Source: Tolypothrix carrinoi HA7290-LM1
Lineage (GTDB): Bacteria; Cyanobacteriota; Cyanobacteriia; Cyanobacteriales; Nostocaceae
Length of the DNA stretch: 63,028 nucleotides
Assembly: GCA_019358935.1 (NCBI GenBank)
Contig: JAHHIK010000042.1
Coordinates: forward strand, 1 to 63,028
Direction of reading: 5' to 3'
Positions 52,936-62,126 of the stretch are shown piece by piece. The notes under the pieces were generated by a model. The model ran no database searches, was not told the DNA's origin, and worked only from the letters and a program-made list of their open reading frames with translations. Position numbers and translations under genes: made by a program. How positions within the stretch are numbered: the first letter of the stretch is position 1; each line of letters starts with the position of its first letter.

Positions 52936-53081
52936 TTCTTATTGACAATAGCCAATTTATAGTGATTAATACTTAATCAATAATTTTCTTTTAAAGGGTG
53001 CAAAAATGTGCTCATAACGGTAAAAATCAAAGAAATAGTTATTTCTTGTTTTATCCTTGCCCGATTAAGTGAAAGCGCAAA

Positions 53082-54596
53082 ATGAATCATTCTCTAGCTC
53101 AGGATGTGTCTATATATCAGCTAGCTTTGGGTGTAAAAACGCCTCCCCAACCATTATCTCTTAGTCCTGCTACTCTGCTGTCACTGGTGCGATCGCAAAT
53201 TGACTTATTAATTGAGCAGAAAATTGCAGCCACTTTATGGGTGAAGCTACCACCACAGAAAATTTGGCTTTCAGAATTAGCGCGTTATCACTCGTGGGTA
53301 AAAGTGTCTGATGTCATCTATAGTTGTGACGTGGGTTCGTCTCAAAGGTCCATAGAAGTCCTCAGTTCAGATGACTCAAATGCAGACTTCGCTTCTAGTG
53401 AGGAAAAAGGCATCATCCCATCACTTCATTACCAGAGAGTGCAACTACTCCCAGATAGCCAACTGCGACGGGAATACTTTTTAATGGTATTGTCACCGCA
53501 GTTTTGTAGTTTAATTTTGGCACAGCGATGTCTGACGACAAGCCGCTTCTCTACGAGACGCTCCGCGAACGCGTCTACGCACAAAATACGCAAAACCCCT
53601 AAAACAAGTGCGTTACTAACGATAAATACTTTTGAAGGAAGAATAATTCAGCGAGTTTTAGATGGTATAAAACAAGCAACTGCACCAGATTCATTTTCTC
53701 TCGTCCCGGCTGATTTTATTTGCCCAAGTGTGCCGGATGCAACACTGATGAGCTCCCTGCTGCAAAAACAACTTCAGCGACAAGAAGAAATAAATCGGCA
53801 AATCGCTGTTGAACGCTTTAGCAAAGTTCAGCAGCGAAATCAAAAACAGCACAATAAAGAAGAACTTAAGGATGAATACTTAAACAATGTGTGTCAAGAA
53901 TTGCGTACACCCTTAACGCATATGAAAACAGCACTTTCATTGTTAAATTCTCCCAATCTCAAACCGCCGCAGCGACAACGTTATTTACAAATGTTGAATA
54001 ATTTGTGCGATCGCCAAAGTTCCCTAATTACTGGTTTATTGGATCTAGTAGAATTAGAGCGCAATTTAGACTTAACTACTTTAGAGTCGGTACGCCTCTC
54101 GGACATTGTACCGGGCGTAGTCAGTACCTATCAACCTTTAGCCCAAGAAAAAGGCATTCTGCTTGCCTACACCGTACCTAATGACCTACCAGCAGTTAGA
54201 TGTGTCACTGGTAGGTTAAGGCAGATTGTAATTAATTTATTGCATAACAGTATTAAGTTTACACCTAATGGTGGTCAAGTGTCGGTGCGAGCCTTTCTCG
54301 GCGGAACTTCCCCGCGTGAAGGCATCCAAAAAGCATCTACCACTACTGAGGGTAAAAGCAATTATGTCCAACTAGAATTTCGCGACACAGGTATAGGTAT
54401 TGCCGAAAACGAGATTCCCAAAATCTTCGATCGCTTTTATCGCGTGCGTTCAGGCACAACAGAAGACAAGGGAGGCGCCGGTTTAGGATTAATGATTGTT
54501 CAGCAACTGCTGCGACGCTGTGGAGGCTCGATATCTGTCAAAAGTAAACTGTCTGAAGGTTCTATTTTTACAGTACAGTTAGTGGTTAGTGGATAG
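53082..54596 (+). CDS. DICT-domain sensor histidine kinase-like protein (H-box His replaced by Gln)
   Basis: LRREYFLMVLSPQFCSLI DICT-like segment; CQELRTPL; NLLHNSIKFT, DTGIGI, IFDRFYR, GAGLGL. Confidence 0.85.
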   Translation: MNHSLAQDVSIYQLALGVKTPPQPLSLSPATLLSLVRSQIDLLIEQKIAATLWVKLPPQKIWLSELARYHSWVKVSDVIYSCDVGSSQRSIEVLSSDDSNADFASSEEKGIIPSLHYQRVQLLPDSQLRREYFLMVLSPQFCSLILAQRCLTTSRFSTRRSANASTHKIRKTPKTSALLTINTFEGRIIQRVLDGIKQATAPDSFSLVPADFICPSVPDATLMSSLLQKQLQRQEEINRQIAVERFSKVQQRNQKQHNKEELKDEYLNNVCQELRTPLTHMKTALSLLNSPNLKPPQRQRYLQMLNNLCDRQSSLITGLLDLVELERNLDLTTLESVRLSDIVPGVVSTYQPLAQEKGILLAYTVPNDLPAVRCVTGRLRQIVINLLHNSIKFTPNGGQVSVRAFLGGTSPREGIQKASTTTEGKSNYVQLEFRDTGIGIAENEIPKIFDRFYRVRSGTTEDKGGAGLGLMIVQQLLRRCGGSISVKSKLSEGSIFTVQLVVSG

Positions 54597-54804
54597 TGGG
54601 CATGGGGCATGGGGCATGGGGCATGGGGCATGGGGCATGGGGCATGGGGCATGGGGCAAGCGTCCAAGTAGGCAAGTGAAATACGCGATCGCTTCTTTTT
54701 ATTCCCATTGCCCATTGCCCATTGCCCATTGCCCATTGCCCATTGCCCATTGCCCATTGCCCATTGCCCATTGCCCATTGCCCATTGCCCATTGCCCAAT
54801 GCCC
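54596..54804. repeat. STRR heptamer tracts (GGGGCAT)n and (CCCATTG)n in inverted arrangement
   Basis: Read directly from the sequence. Confidence 0.92.
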
Positions 54805-54815
54805 AACACCCAACT

Positions 54816-55607
54816 ATGTTCATCACCTTAATTGCAGACTACGGAAATGGCGATCCGGCTTTTGCTGAGGTTACGCAGCGTTTATTAACGGAATTACCGC
54901 AAGCGCAAATCAATTTAGTTTCAGCTCCAGCTTTTAGTACCCTGGCTACAGGGTTTTGGATTGCTCAACTCGGTCTGAACATTGGTCCGGAAGAACGTTT
55001 AATTTATCACAATTGTGCGCCCCGCCAAGATGATAAACAAGCCAGACGGGACAATGAAGGCGAGGGATTAACTTATGCTCTGCTTGACAATAATGTTAAA
55101 GTCGTGGGTGTTAATGCTGGTTACACCCTCTCGTTTATTAAAGATTATGCACAAGTGCTGCATATTGTCAAGGTTTCTAGAGGCGGTTCGCAATTTCGCT
55201 CGCGTGATGTATTTCCCAGTGCAGCAGGTGCAATTGGTAGAGGCGATTTAAGCGTTTTGGGAGAAGTTTTGAATAAAAGTGATGTTCCTGATGCACCAAG
55301 CGATCGCGTAGCCTGGATTGATGGTTACGGTAACATCAAAACCACCATCCCGGCAGATAGCCTTAACCTCAAACCCGAAGCCAAAGTAATTATCCGCGTC
55401 GGTGATGTCGTAAGTGATGCAGTATACTCCGACGGTAGCTTTAAAGTGCCAGAAGGAACATTAGCCTTTGCACCGGGAAGTTCTGGTTGGTTAACACCTG
55501 ATGGAAAGCGATCGATTCGTTGGATGGAATTATTTCTGCGCGGTGGTAACGCTTGGGAACGCTTCGGTAAACCGCGTGTGAATCAGTTAGTTACTTGTAT
55601 TGGGTAA
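54816..55607 (+). CDS. DUF62 SAM hydrolase/halogenase-superfamily protein
   Basis: [33 protein letters not shown]. Confidence 0.8.
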   Translation: MFITLIADYGNGDPAFAEVTQRLLTELPQAQINLVSAPAFSTLATGFWIAQLGLNIGPEERLIYHNCAPRQDDKQARRDNEGEGLTYALLDNNVKVVGVNAGYTLSFIKDYAQVLHIVKVSRGGSQFRSRDVFPSAAGAIGRGDLSVLGEVLNKSDVPDAPSDRVAWIDGYGNIKTTIPADSLNLKPEAKVIIRVGDVVSDAVYSDGSFKVPEGTLAFAPGSSGWLTPDGKRSIRWMELFLRGGNAWERFGKPRVNQLVTCIG

Positions 55608-55745
55608 TGGGGAATGGGGAATGGGGAATGGGGAATGGGGGACAAGGGGGACAAGGGAGACAAGGGAGACAAGGGGGACAAGGGAGACAAGGGAGACAAT
55701 TTCTTTCTATTACCTATTACCTATTACCTATTACCAATGCCCCAT
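55607..55745. repeat. Mixed short tandem repeats (ATGGGGA, GGGAGACAA, TATTACC)
   Basis: Read directly; lies between convergent genes. Confidence 0.85.
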
Positions 55746-55749
55746 TTCC

Positions 55750-57156
55750 TCAATCCTTCAGTGGCAGAAAAATCGTTAAAACTTCGCCATGCTGCGGACG
55801 CTGACGGACAATGAGTTTACCCCCGATCGCTTGAAATAAATGCTTTGTCGCAGAAAGATTCAAGCTAATTACACCTGTCTCTGGCTGGAACATCAACAAT
55901 TGACCTAAAGCCTTACGAATTGGCGGGGTTACGGCTGCGAAGGGGTTTTCACTGTCTTTGCATTGAGCTTGGGGTGATAATTGTAACTTTAATTGATCGC
56001 CAGCGGGAATTACCTGTACTTGAATATGGCTACCAGCTGGTAAGCTGCGGGTAAAATTTTCCATCAAACCGGTGAGAACGCGATCGAGCATTGAAGGATT
56101 GCTTACCACCGTTGGTAATTGCTGCGGTAAGACAACATCCAAAGTTAAATTACGCCGATTTGCGGTTTGTTGCCAACGGGGAATGCTTTGCTGTAAAACT
56201 TGATCTAGAGAAGTTGGTGTAAGTTGAGTGTTGCTCGATTTCGCGGGAGCAGAAGTTTCTAATTCTGCGGCTTTAAAGAGCAACTCCATACGATCAATTT
56301 GCTCTGTACACTCGCGATCAATAACTTCCAAGCGCTTGATAACGTTTGCTGGCAAGGTTTTCTGCTTCAATAGCAGACGTGTCATGGTGCGAATTGTTGT
56401 CAAGGGTGTGCGGACTTCGTGAGCAAAAGCTTGAAGCAATTCTACATCGGGACGGGACGAACGGTGAGCAGAGGCATCGGCGCAATTTTCTTTATCGTGT
56501 CGGTTCGCGGCTTTTTCTTCTTGGGGTAATTGCGTTAACAATAACTGACTAAATTGCATCAAAATGTGGTAATCTGGTGCAACTGGTTCGTATTTTTGCA
56601 CTAAAGAATTTAGTTCGGCGTAAAAATCTGGATTGTTTAGCATGACTCTCGCACCAAGCGATCGCCACGCCATCTGAACCACTTCTGGGTCAAAAGAAAA
56701 CGAAAACCTTTTTTTACCGCAATTATCTTCTGCTAAAACTAATACTAATCTAAATTTTTCTGTAAAAATTAAGCAAAACTGCTCTCTCCCCAACGGATCG
56801 GCAGCCAATAAAGGCAGTACCGATTCATGAGGAGCAATTTCCGATGCTATTACTGTCGTCCCAGTCGGCATTTGAAATGGCATCAATGCCAACGGGTTAA
56901 ATGGTTTTGCTGTAAAAGTTATTGTCTGCAAGCTTTGAGTTACTCTTGGCTCACTAAACAAAGGTGCCGGTGCAGCTAAAACTAATCCTTGGGTGGCATC
57001 AGTTGAAGTAGTTGCTAAAGTATTTAATAGCAACTGTTCAGTTGCGGCTAAACTGACGCACCACTGCCGGTCTGATGCAGCAGGTGAACATTCAGCCACG
57101 CTTAATTGACTTTCGGCTAAAATTTCACTCAGACTTGGCAAGATCCATTTGTACAC
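55750..57156 (-). CDS. Soluble histidine kinase with degenerate ATPase domain (Hik34-like)
   Basis: AHEVRTPLTTIRT H-box; no DxGxG or GxGLGL boxes; FQPETG.ISLNL tail; orthology tentative. Confidence 0.7.
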   Translation of the reverse strand: MYKWILPSLSEILAESQLSVAECSPAASDRQWCVSLAATEQLLLNTLATTSTDATQGLVLAAPAPLFSEPRVTQSLQTITFTAKPFNPLALMPFQMPTGTTVIASEIAPHESVLPLLAADPLGREQFCLIFTEKFRLVLVLAEDNCGKKRFSFSFDPEVVQMAWRSLGARVMLNNPDFYAELNSLVQKYEPVAPDYHILMQFSQLLLTQLPQEEKAANRHDKENCADASAHRSSRPDVELLQAFAHEVRTPLTTIRTMTRLLLKQKTLPANVIKRLEVIDRECTEQIDRMELLFKAAELETSAPAKSSNTQLTPTSLDQVLQQSIPRWQQTANRRNLTLDVVLPQQLPTVVSNPSMLDRVLTGLMENFTRSLPAGSHIQVQVIPAGDQLKLQLSPQAQCKDSENPFAAVTPPIRKALGQLLMFQPETGVISLNLSATKHLFQAIGGKLIVRQRPQHGEVLTIFLPLKD

Positions 57157-57564
57157 AGGTTTTCACCTCTTAGTTCACTCAACGGCTGACAGCATCTATA
57201 AAAGACATTCCACTATGAGGTTATAGTTATTTGTGTACTGGTAACAGTCGTAGAACCGAACACTCTTAGGCGCAATTTCCCCTAGAATAGCGATTGAGTA
57301 TTCATCGTGGTGAAAAAGTCGGTTTATTTTCGTTTATAGGTTTTCTCTACAAGAGAAACCGGATTTTTGGCATTAGCTAGGAATTAAAACTAATTTTGTC
57401 ACGTATTCTTGACTTGCTTACCAGATACTTTGGATAGAATCTTTTATCAAACAGTTAAGTTTTCTTTATATCCTGGGGGAGAGGTAGATAAACCTATTTG
57501 GAGGGAATCTAAGTAGAAGAGGTGAAACTCATGTTGACACCCCTTTTGGGCAAATAAAGATTCC

Positions 57565-58704
57565 ATGCAAACCAACTTAGTTAGGTTCCCCATCGCATCG
57601 ATGTCGGGAAACACTGAACAAACACTTAAGACAGCATCTACCAAGTACGATTGTGCAATGCAGCAATTTCAAGAGCTGCTGGCAACTGAGGATTTGGATA
57701 ATAAACTGGATGCACAAGCATCTATAGTAAGTGAGTTTGAAGACGCACTACGATCGGCAATTAGTGACGCTTATCAAAAAGGCTATGGTGATGATGATGC
57801 TCACTGTTTTTTACAGCGAATTCTTTATGGCATCAATCGGCTGAAGTTGTTTTGGTATGACGATTTGCGGCACTATAATAATGAGCGATCGCTTTATTTA
57901 TCCTCATTGTGCCAGCAAATTGAAGCAGCTTGGCAAAATTGGGAATTAGCACAAATCGATGTTGCTTGTCTGCAACAATTGGATGTCAAAGATGCTTTAA
58001 TTAAACGTGCTGCTGAGGACTTAGATCCGCCATTATCCTCGGAAAGTCGCTATATTCGTGAGGAAATGAGCGTAGTTGGTTATCGTCACTTGTTAGCGAT
58101 CGCCTCGTTTGATGGTTTAGTCGAAGGTAGTCGGCTTTCCCGCATTTTAGGTGGTGCGGCAAATGAGGTGCAATGTACGCTGGTACGGGTACTGCTAGAA
58201 GAATACGGCAACGGGCGCTTATCTCGCAAGCACTCGACATTTTTCAAGGCAATGATGGCTGAGTTTGGTATGAACACTCAGCCAGAAGGATACTTCGATT
58301 TAGTGCCTTGGCAAGTACTAGCTTGCGCTAATCATAACTTTTTGGTGACGGAGTGCAAGCGGCATTTTCTGCGTTATAGTGGGGGGTTGACCTATTTTGA
58401 AGTGGCGGGACCCGCAGCTTATAGAAATTATCTCACGGCGGCGCAACGATTGCAACTGTCGGAAGCGGCAATGGGTTATTGGGAACTGCACATCAGGGAA
58501 GACGAACGCCACGGACGTTGGATGCTGGATGATGTAGCTTTGCCTTTGGCAGAACAATATCCCTCGGATGCGTGGGAACTGGTGCTGGGGTATGACCAGG
58601 AAAAATTGATGGGCGATCGCGCTGCTGCTGCTGTGGTGCGATCGATACGCGAGGCAGAACATTCTGCTTTACTCATCAAAGAGATAGAAAAAGTTAAAAA
58701 ATAA
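57565..58704 (+). CDS. Heme-oxygenase-like diiron (iron-containing redox) enzyme
   Basis: LLEEYGNG...KH; YFE; YWELHIREDERHG iron-ligand pattern. Confidence 0.85.
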   Translation: MQTNLVRFPIASMSGNTEQTLKTASTKYDCAMQQFQELLATEDLDNKLDAQASIVSEFEDALRSAISDAYQKGYGDDDAHCFLQRILYGINRLKLFWYDDLRHYNNERSLYLSSLCQQIEAAWQNWELAQIDVACLQQLDVKDALIKRAAEDLDPPLSSESRYIREEMSVVGYRHLLAIASFDGLVEGSRLSRILGGAANEVQCTLVRVLLEEYGNGRLSRKHSTFFKAMMAEFGMNTQPEGYFDLVPWQVLACANHNFLVTECKRHFLRYSGGLTYFEVAGPAAYRNYLTAAQRLQLSEAAMGYWELHIREDERHGRWMLDDVALPLAEQYPSDAWELVLGYDQEKLMGDRAAAAVVRSIREAEHSALLIKEIEKVKK

Positions 58705-58715
58705 AAATTAAACAT

Positions 58716-58738
58716 GGCAAGTTTTCTCTTGCCTTTTT
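58716..58738 (+). terminator. Putative intrinsic terminator after the HDO gene
   Basis: GGCAAG-TTTTCT-CTTGCC-TTTTT. Confidence 0.5.
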
Positions 58739-58886
58739 AATTTTGTTTCTTAATTCTCTAATTGGAAACTTGCTTATCAAAATATTCCTTTAGTCATTAA
58801 TTATTAGCTAAAGGAACAATTCTTGCTCGCTTTTTTTAAGCAAGTAATTAATGCTTTCGCTAATTATATCATAAAGTGCAATTCCC

Positions 58887-59582
58887 ATGAAAGAAATTTT
58901 TGTTTGTCCGGAAGAATCCAACTTTTACTCGAACTGCGTGGAAAATCTTGTCATCAGAAATTGCCAAAATGACGAGTCTGTCGTTGAATTTGGTTCAGGA
59001 GATGGTAGTCCCGTTATCAATTCATTATTAAGAAACAAATTTGATGGTGTCATACATGGATTTGAATTGAATACTTCTGCGTGGAAAATTGCCAATTCCA
59101 CAATTGATGAATATAATCTCACGAATAAATACGTCATCAATAATTCATGTTTGTTTAAATCGTCTAAACCTAAAGCCGAGTATCTAATTGCTAATCCGCC
59201 ATATTTGCCTGCACCAGACAAAGATATTTACATGCCATTGTTATTTGGTGGTATAGATGGCGCCGCAGTTACCAACGAGCTTTTGTCATTAGGTTATGAC
59301 AATGTGTTACTTTTAGTATCTAGCTATTCTAATCCCGAAAGTACGATTGAAAAGGCAAAAGAAAACGGCTACAGTGTTAATAATTTTGTCGTCTTGCCGT
59401 TGAGATTTGGCTACTATAGTTCTGAACCAAAAGTCAAAAAACACATCGAAGAATTAAGAAAGCATAAAATGGCGTTTTATTCTGGTGACTATTATTTTTT
59501 GGCGGGAGTTTTATTTAAAAAACGCCATGAGTGTGATGTTGATTTATCTAGTGAATTAGCTAATGTGATGACGAGTTTATAA
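58887..59582 (+). CDS. Class I SAM-dependent methyltransferase with NPPY motif
   Basis: VEFGSGDG motif I; LIANPPYLP; GGIDG. Confidence 0.85.
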   Translation: MKEIFVCPEESNFYSNCVENLVIRNCQNDESVVEFGSGDGSPVINSLLRNKFDGVIHGFELNTSAWKIANSTIDEYNLTNKYVINNSCLFKSSKPKAEYLIANPPYLPAPDKDIYMPLLFGGIDGAAVTNELLSLGYDNVLLLVSSYSNPESTIEKAKENGYSVNNFVVLPLRFGYYSSEPKVKKHIEELRKHKMAFYSGDYYFLAGVLFKKRHECDVDLSSELANVMTSL

Positions 59583-59671
59583 GTAACCGACACTCACATT
59601 TATGGAGAAAATTTCGCTTTTTCCAGATACCCGACTTCTCAAATCAATCGGGTATCTAATTTATCTGTGGG

Positions 59672-59950
59672 TTATTGGATCAAAATTTGACGGCTTAAAA
59701 TACTCATGAATTCACCCGGGTTAGCGGTTGGTAGCAGTGGACTCCAGTCTCCCACACTGGCGTAGCCAATTACTTGCAAATTGTGAATTGTACTGGTAAC
59801 GGCTTTGGCAGAACCAATCAATAGATGTTTAATCGGTTCTCTCTTGGGAGGATGTTCAGTTGATTGATTGAGGATGGGTGTATTTAAATCTTCGTTACGC
59901 AAGTACTGCTCTAACTGGGATTGGGCGGACTTTTGTAATTGTGCCATCAT
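59672..59950 (-). CDS. Small conserved cyanobacterial hypothetical protein
   Basis: REPIKHLLIGS..AV..TIH.L...GYA..GDWS; GGAG RBS; preceded by a hairpin leader and a sigma70-like promoter. Confidence 0.75.
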   Translation of the reverse strand: MMAQLQKSAQSQLEQYLRNEDLNTPILNQSTEHPPKREPIKHLLIGSAKAVTSTIHNLQVIGYASVGDWSPLLPTANPGEFMSILSRQILIQ

Positions 59951-59978
59951 TGTAGTTGTACTCCAATATTTGGGGACA

Positions 59979-60078
59979 GATAAAGGCGATCGCACTTTTC
60001 TTGGCGGAACAGGGGGTCGCCTTTATCATATCTTCATATTAAAGTATAATTTTATACTTGTCAACTACTATTGACAAA
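59979..60078 (-). promoter_or_regulatory. TTGACA-17-TAATAT promoter with two palindromes and a 5' leader hairpin
   Basis: -35 at 60064-60059; -10 at 60041-60036; AAGTATAA-TT-TTATACTT; TTGTCAA-N6-TTGACAA; GATAAAGGCGA...TCGCCTTTATC. Confidence 0.6.
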
Positions 60079-60333
60079 TTTATTGTTAATAATTTCCAAG
60101 TTTGAACGAGAATAAATTATGTTCAATTTGTGTGATATTAGCAACATAAACTAACAAAATTACCCTCAATTTAGGGCTGTTATACTAGTTGAAAAAATAA
60201 AGCTGCAAATGAGCCGTAGTAAAACAAGACCTTGCATGACTACAGATTTATCTGTTGCTAAGATTTTGGTAATCGGTATTATTTATACCAATTCAATTAA
60301 TGATTGCAACACTTGGTATTAAAACTTCATCTA

Positions 60334-60363
60334 GCGATCGCATTACGTGAAGATAGCGATCGC
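60334..60363. repeat. 30-bp HIP1-bounded direct repeat, copy 1
   Basis: GCGATCGC-ATTACGTGAAGATA-GCGATCGC; identical copy at 61033-61062. Confidence 0.92.
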
Positions 60364-60411
60364 TTAACATTACTCACTCTTGTAGATTATCAGGGTCGAT
60401 CTTTAAGATTA

Positions 60412-60669
60412 TTAATTTAATAATGCGTCATACTCATCATGAGTACCTATCCAAAACCAGTAATAATCATCTTCCTTCTTTAAGGCTAAAGCACGGTATC
60501 CACCACTAACACGCGCAGACCACAGGTTTTTACCCACTTTTTTAAAATGTAAAGACGGATGAGATTGATTTTCTTGCCAAAGTTGATAAGCTTTTCTAGC
60601 TTGCTCTTTTATTTCTTCTGGTAGCTGTGCGTATGCTTGCCAAAAATCAGGTGTCGTCAATGATTTCAT
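60412..60669 (-). CDS. RelE/ParE-like type II toxin
   Basis: TTPDFW..Y..LP...HPSLHFKKV...WSARV...YRAL...WFWIGTHDEYD. Confidence 0.85.
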   Translation of the reverse strand: MKSLTTPDFWQAYAQLPEEIKEQARKAYQLWQENQSHPSLHFKKVGKNLWSARVSGGYRALALKKEDDYYWFWIGTHDEYDALLN

Positions 60670-60868
60670 TAATATCTCGCACCTTGTTTGCTGCAATATC
60701 AGCTTCGGCTTTAGCAATTAGTTTATCTAGTTTTCCCGATGTCAAGTCAGCTTCAATTTGCCGATCCCACATTTGTTCTAAATAGTCTTCCAGCCAAGCA
60801 GCTAGCTGACGAATATCATTTTCTGGTAGTTGTTTGATAGCAGCTTCGATTTCTGGCAAAGTACCCAT
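60647..60868 (-). CDS. Cognate antitoxin-like protein
   Basis: IEAAIKQLP...WDRQIEAD...GKLDKL; overlaps the toxin start. Confidence 0.8.
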   Translation of the reverse strand: MGTLPEIEAAIKQLPENDIRQLAAWLEDYLEQMWDRQIEADLTSGKLDKLIAKAEADIAANKVRDINEIIDDT

Positions 60869-61032
60869 ATTTGTTTCCAAGAATGTATTTAGATACAACA
60901 AATTAAGGGGCTGCAACAATTGACCTCGCCAACAAAGCAAGACAACACCTTAGTTTCTACAAAGCATAAAACAGTCAGCTTCATAACGCGGTTCTACTTC
61001 AATATAGCGTGTGTGACAGTTTTCATATAGGC

Positions 61033-61062
61033 GCGATCGCATTACGTGAAGATAGCGATCGC
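61033..61062. repeat. 30-bp HIP1-bounded direct repeat, copy 2
   Basis: Identical to 60334-60363; extended by ATAGGC/GCCTAT arms. Confidence 0.92.
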
Positions 61063-61110
61063 GCCTATTAGTGTTCTATAATCGCGGGTGAAACAAGTTT
61101 CACGCAATGT

Positions 61111-61548
61111 ATGCCTGCCAGAGATCGCTACCACGAGAATGTCAAAAATGCTCTGATCAAAGATGATTGGACAATTACTGACGATCCTCTGCATTTGAAG
61201 TGGGGCAAAAAAGATTTGTATGCCGATCTGCGAGCGGAAAGGCTGCTTGTGGCAGAGAAAGGTGTGCAAAAGATCGCGGTTGAAATCAAGACCTTCGGCG
61301 GTGACTCTGAAGTAGCAGATATTGAACAGGCGATTGGTCAGTACTTCACCTATCTGGCTGTAATAAGTCAGAATGAACCAGAGAGAGTTTTATATCTTGC
61401 TGTGCATGAGGATGTTTTCATTGACATTTTTGAAGAAGAACCGCTTGGTAAACTGTTAATGGAGAGCTACAAGATTCGTTTCATTGTTTTCAACCCGATG
61501 CAGGAGATTATTGTGCGATGGATACCCTGGAACACTACAGAAATCTAA
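61111..61548 (+). CDS. xisH: XisH-family protein
   Basis: RDRYHENVKNALIKDDWTITDDPL; KIAVEIKTF; AIGQYFTY; PERVLYLAV. Confidence 0.92.
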   Translation: MPARDRYHENVKNALIKDDWTITDDPLHLKWGKKDLYADLRAERLLVAEKGVQKIAVEIKTFGGDSEVADIEQAIGQYFTYLAVISQNEPERVLYLAVHEDVFIDIFEEEPLGKLLMESYKIRFIVFNPMQEIIVRWIPWNTTEI

Positions 61549-61877
61549 TTTGCAGCATCCTGAGTGAACATACGAAGATTCCTTACTCTTATGGCGATAT
61601 TCAACATGAAACTGTTTTTGATAGAGAACAGGATCGATATTTGGTGATGATTCTGGGTCGAGAGCCTGTGCCTAACTTTTCTCCGACGGCAACTCGTCGG
61701 GTACATGGCTGTTTGATCCACGTTGATATCATTGATGGCAAAATTTGGATTCAGAGAGATGGTACGGAGGAAGGGGTGGCATCATTACTGGTCAGGGCGG
61801 GTGTGCCGAAGAATCGGATTGTGTTAGGCTTCCGCTCTGAGGAATTGAGAAAAGATTCAGAATTTGCTATCCGCTAA
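61518..61877 (+). CDS. xisI: XisI-family protein
   Basis: FDREQDRYL; HGCLIHVDIIDGKIWIQRDGTEEGVA..L...GVPK..IVLGF. Confidence 0.93.
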   Translation: MDTLEHYRNLICSILSEHTKIPYSYGDIQHETVFDREQDRYLVMILGREPVPNFSPTATRRVHGCLIHVDIIDGKIWIQRDGTEEGVASLLVRAGVPKNRIVLGFRSEELRKDSEFAIR

Positions 61878-61887
61878 ACGGTGAACA

Positions 61888-62120
61888 GGGCTGGACAACC
61901 AGCCCTTTTGCTGGACAGATAGCCAGTTCCTAAGCCTTAAATGGCTACGTTAAGAAGGTCAAGACACCTAAAAGTGCTTTCCAGCTTTTAGCTCTGTCGA
62001 TTAACTTTAAACATCCGTATTTAGCTAAGGAAGTGAGTTAATCCCAACAAGCCTTTTTAACATTGGCGTTCGCGAAGCGTCTCCCTTTGGGAGAGGAAAA
62101 CATAACCTGAGAAATCAGAG
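61888..62120 (+). ncRNA. IscB omegaRNA/HEARO scaffold with a 25-nt repeat insertion; 5' boundary uncertain
   Basis: Ordered HEARO-like blocks CCAG..CTAAG, CTACGTT, ACACC, TGC..CCAG..CTCTG, TTAAACA and ACATTGGCG..AGG directly upstream of iscB. Confidence 0.8.
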
Positions 62121-62126
62121 GACAAA

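Noticed and set aside
54500..54831. Repetitive ORFs (MGNGQWA, HGAWGMG, PIAHCPL) and similar ones at 24451, 55595 and 55614
   Set aside because: Translations of STRR tandem repeats; the DUF62 gene most likely starts at 54816
54816..55607. Chlorinase/fluorinase tailoring the NRPS product
   Set aside because: Superfamily membership only, 26 kb from the NRPS genes; halogenase activity cannot be inferred
57440..57564. Riboswitch upstream of the HDO gene
   Set aside because: Purine-rich leader, but I recognise no aptamer consensus
60042..60059. Cyanobacterial LexA box
   Set aside because: AGTAT-N6-ATACT spacing does not fit the RGTAC-N3-DGTWC consensus
61111..61877. fdxN excision element
   Set aside because: No xisF recombinase or interrupted nif/fdxN gene in the window; stand-alone xisH/xisI pairs are common
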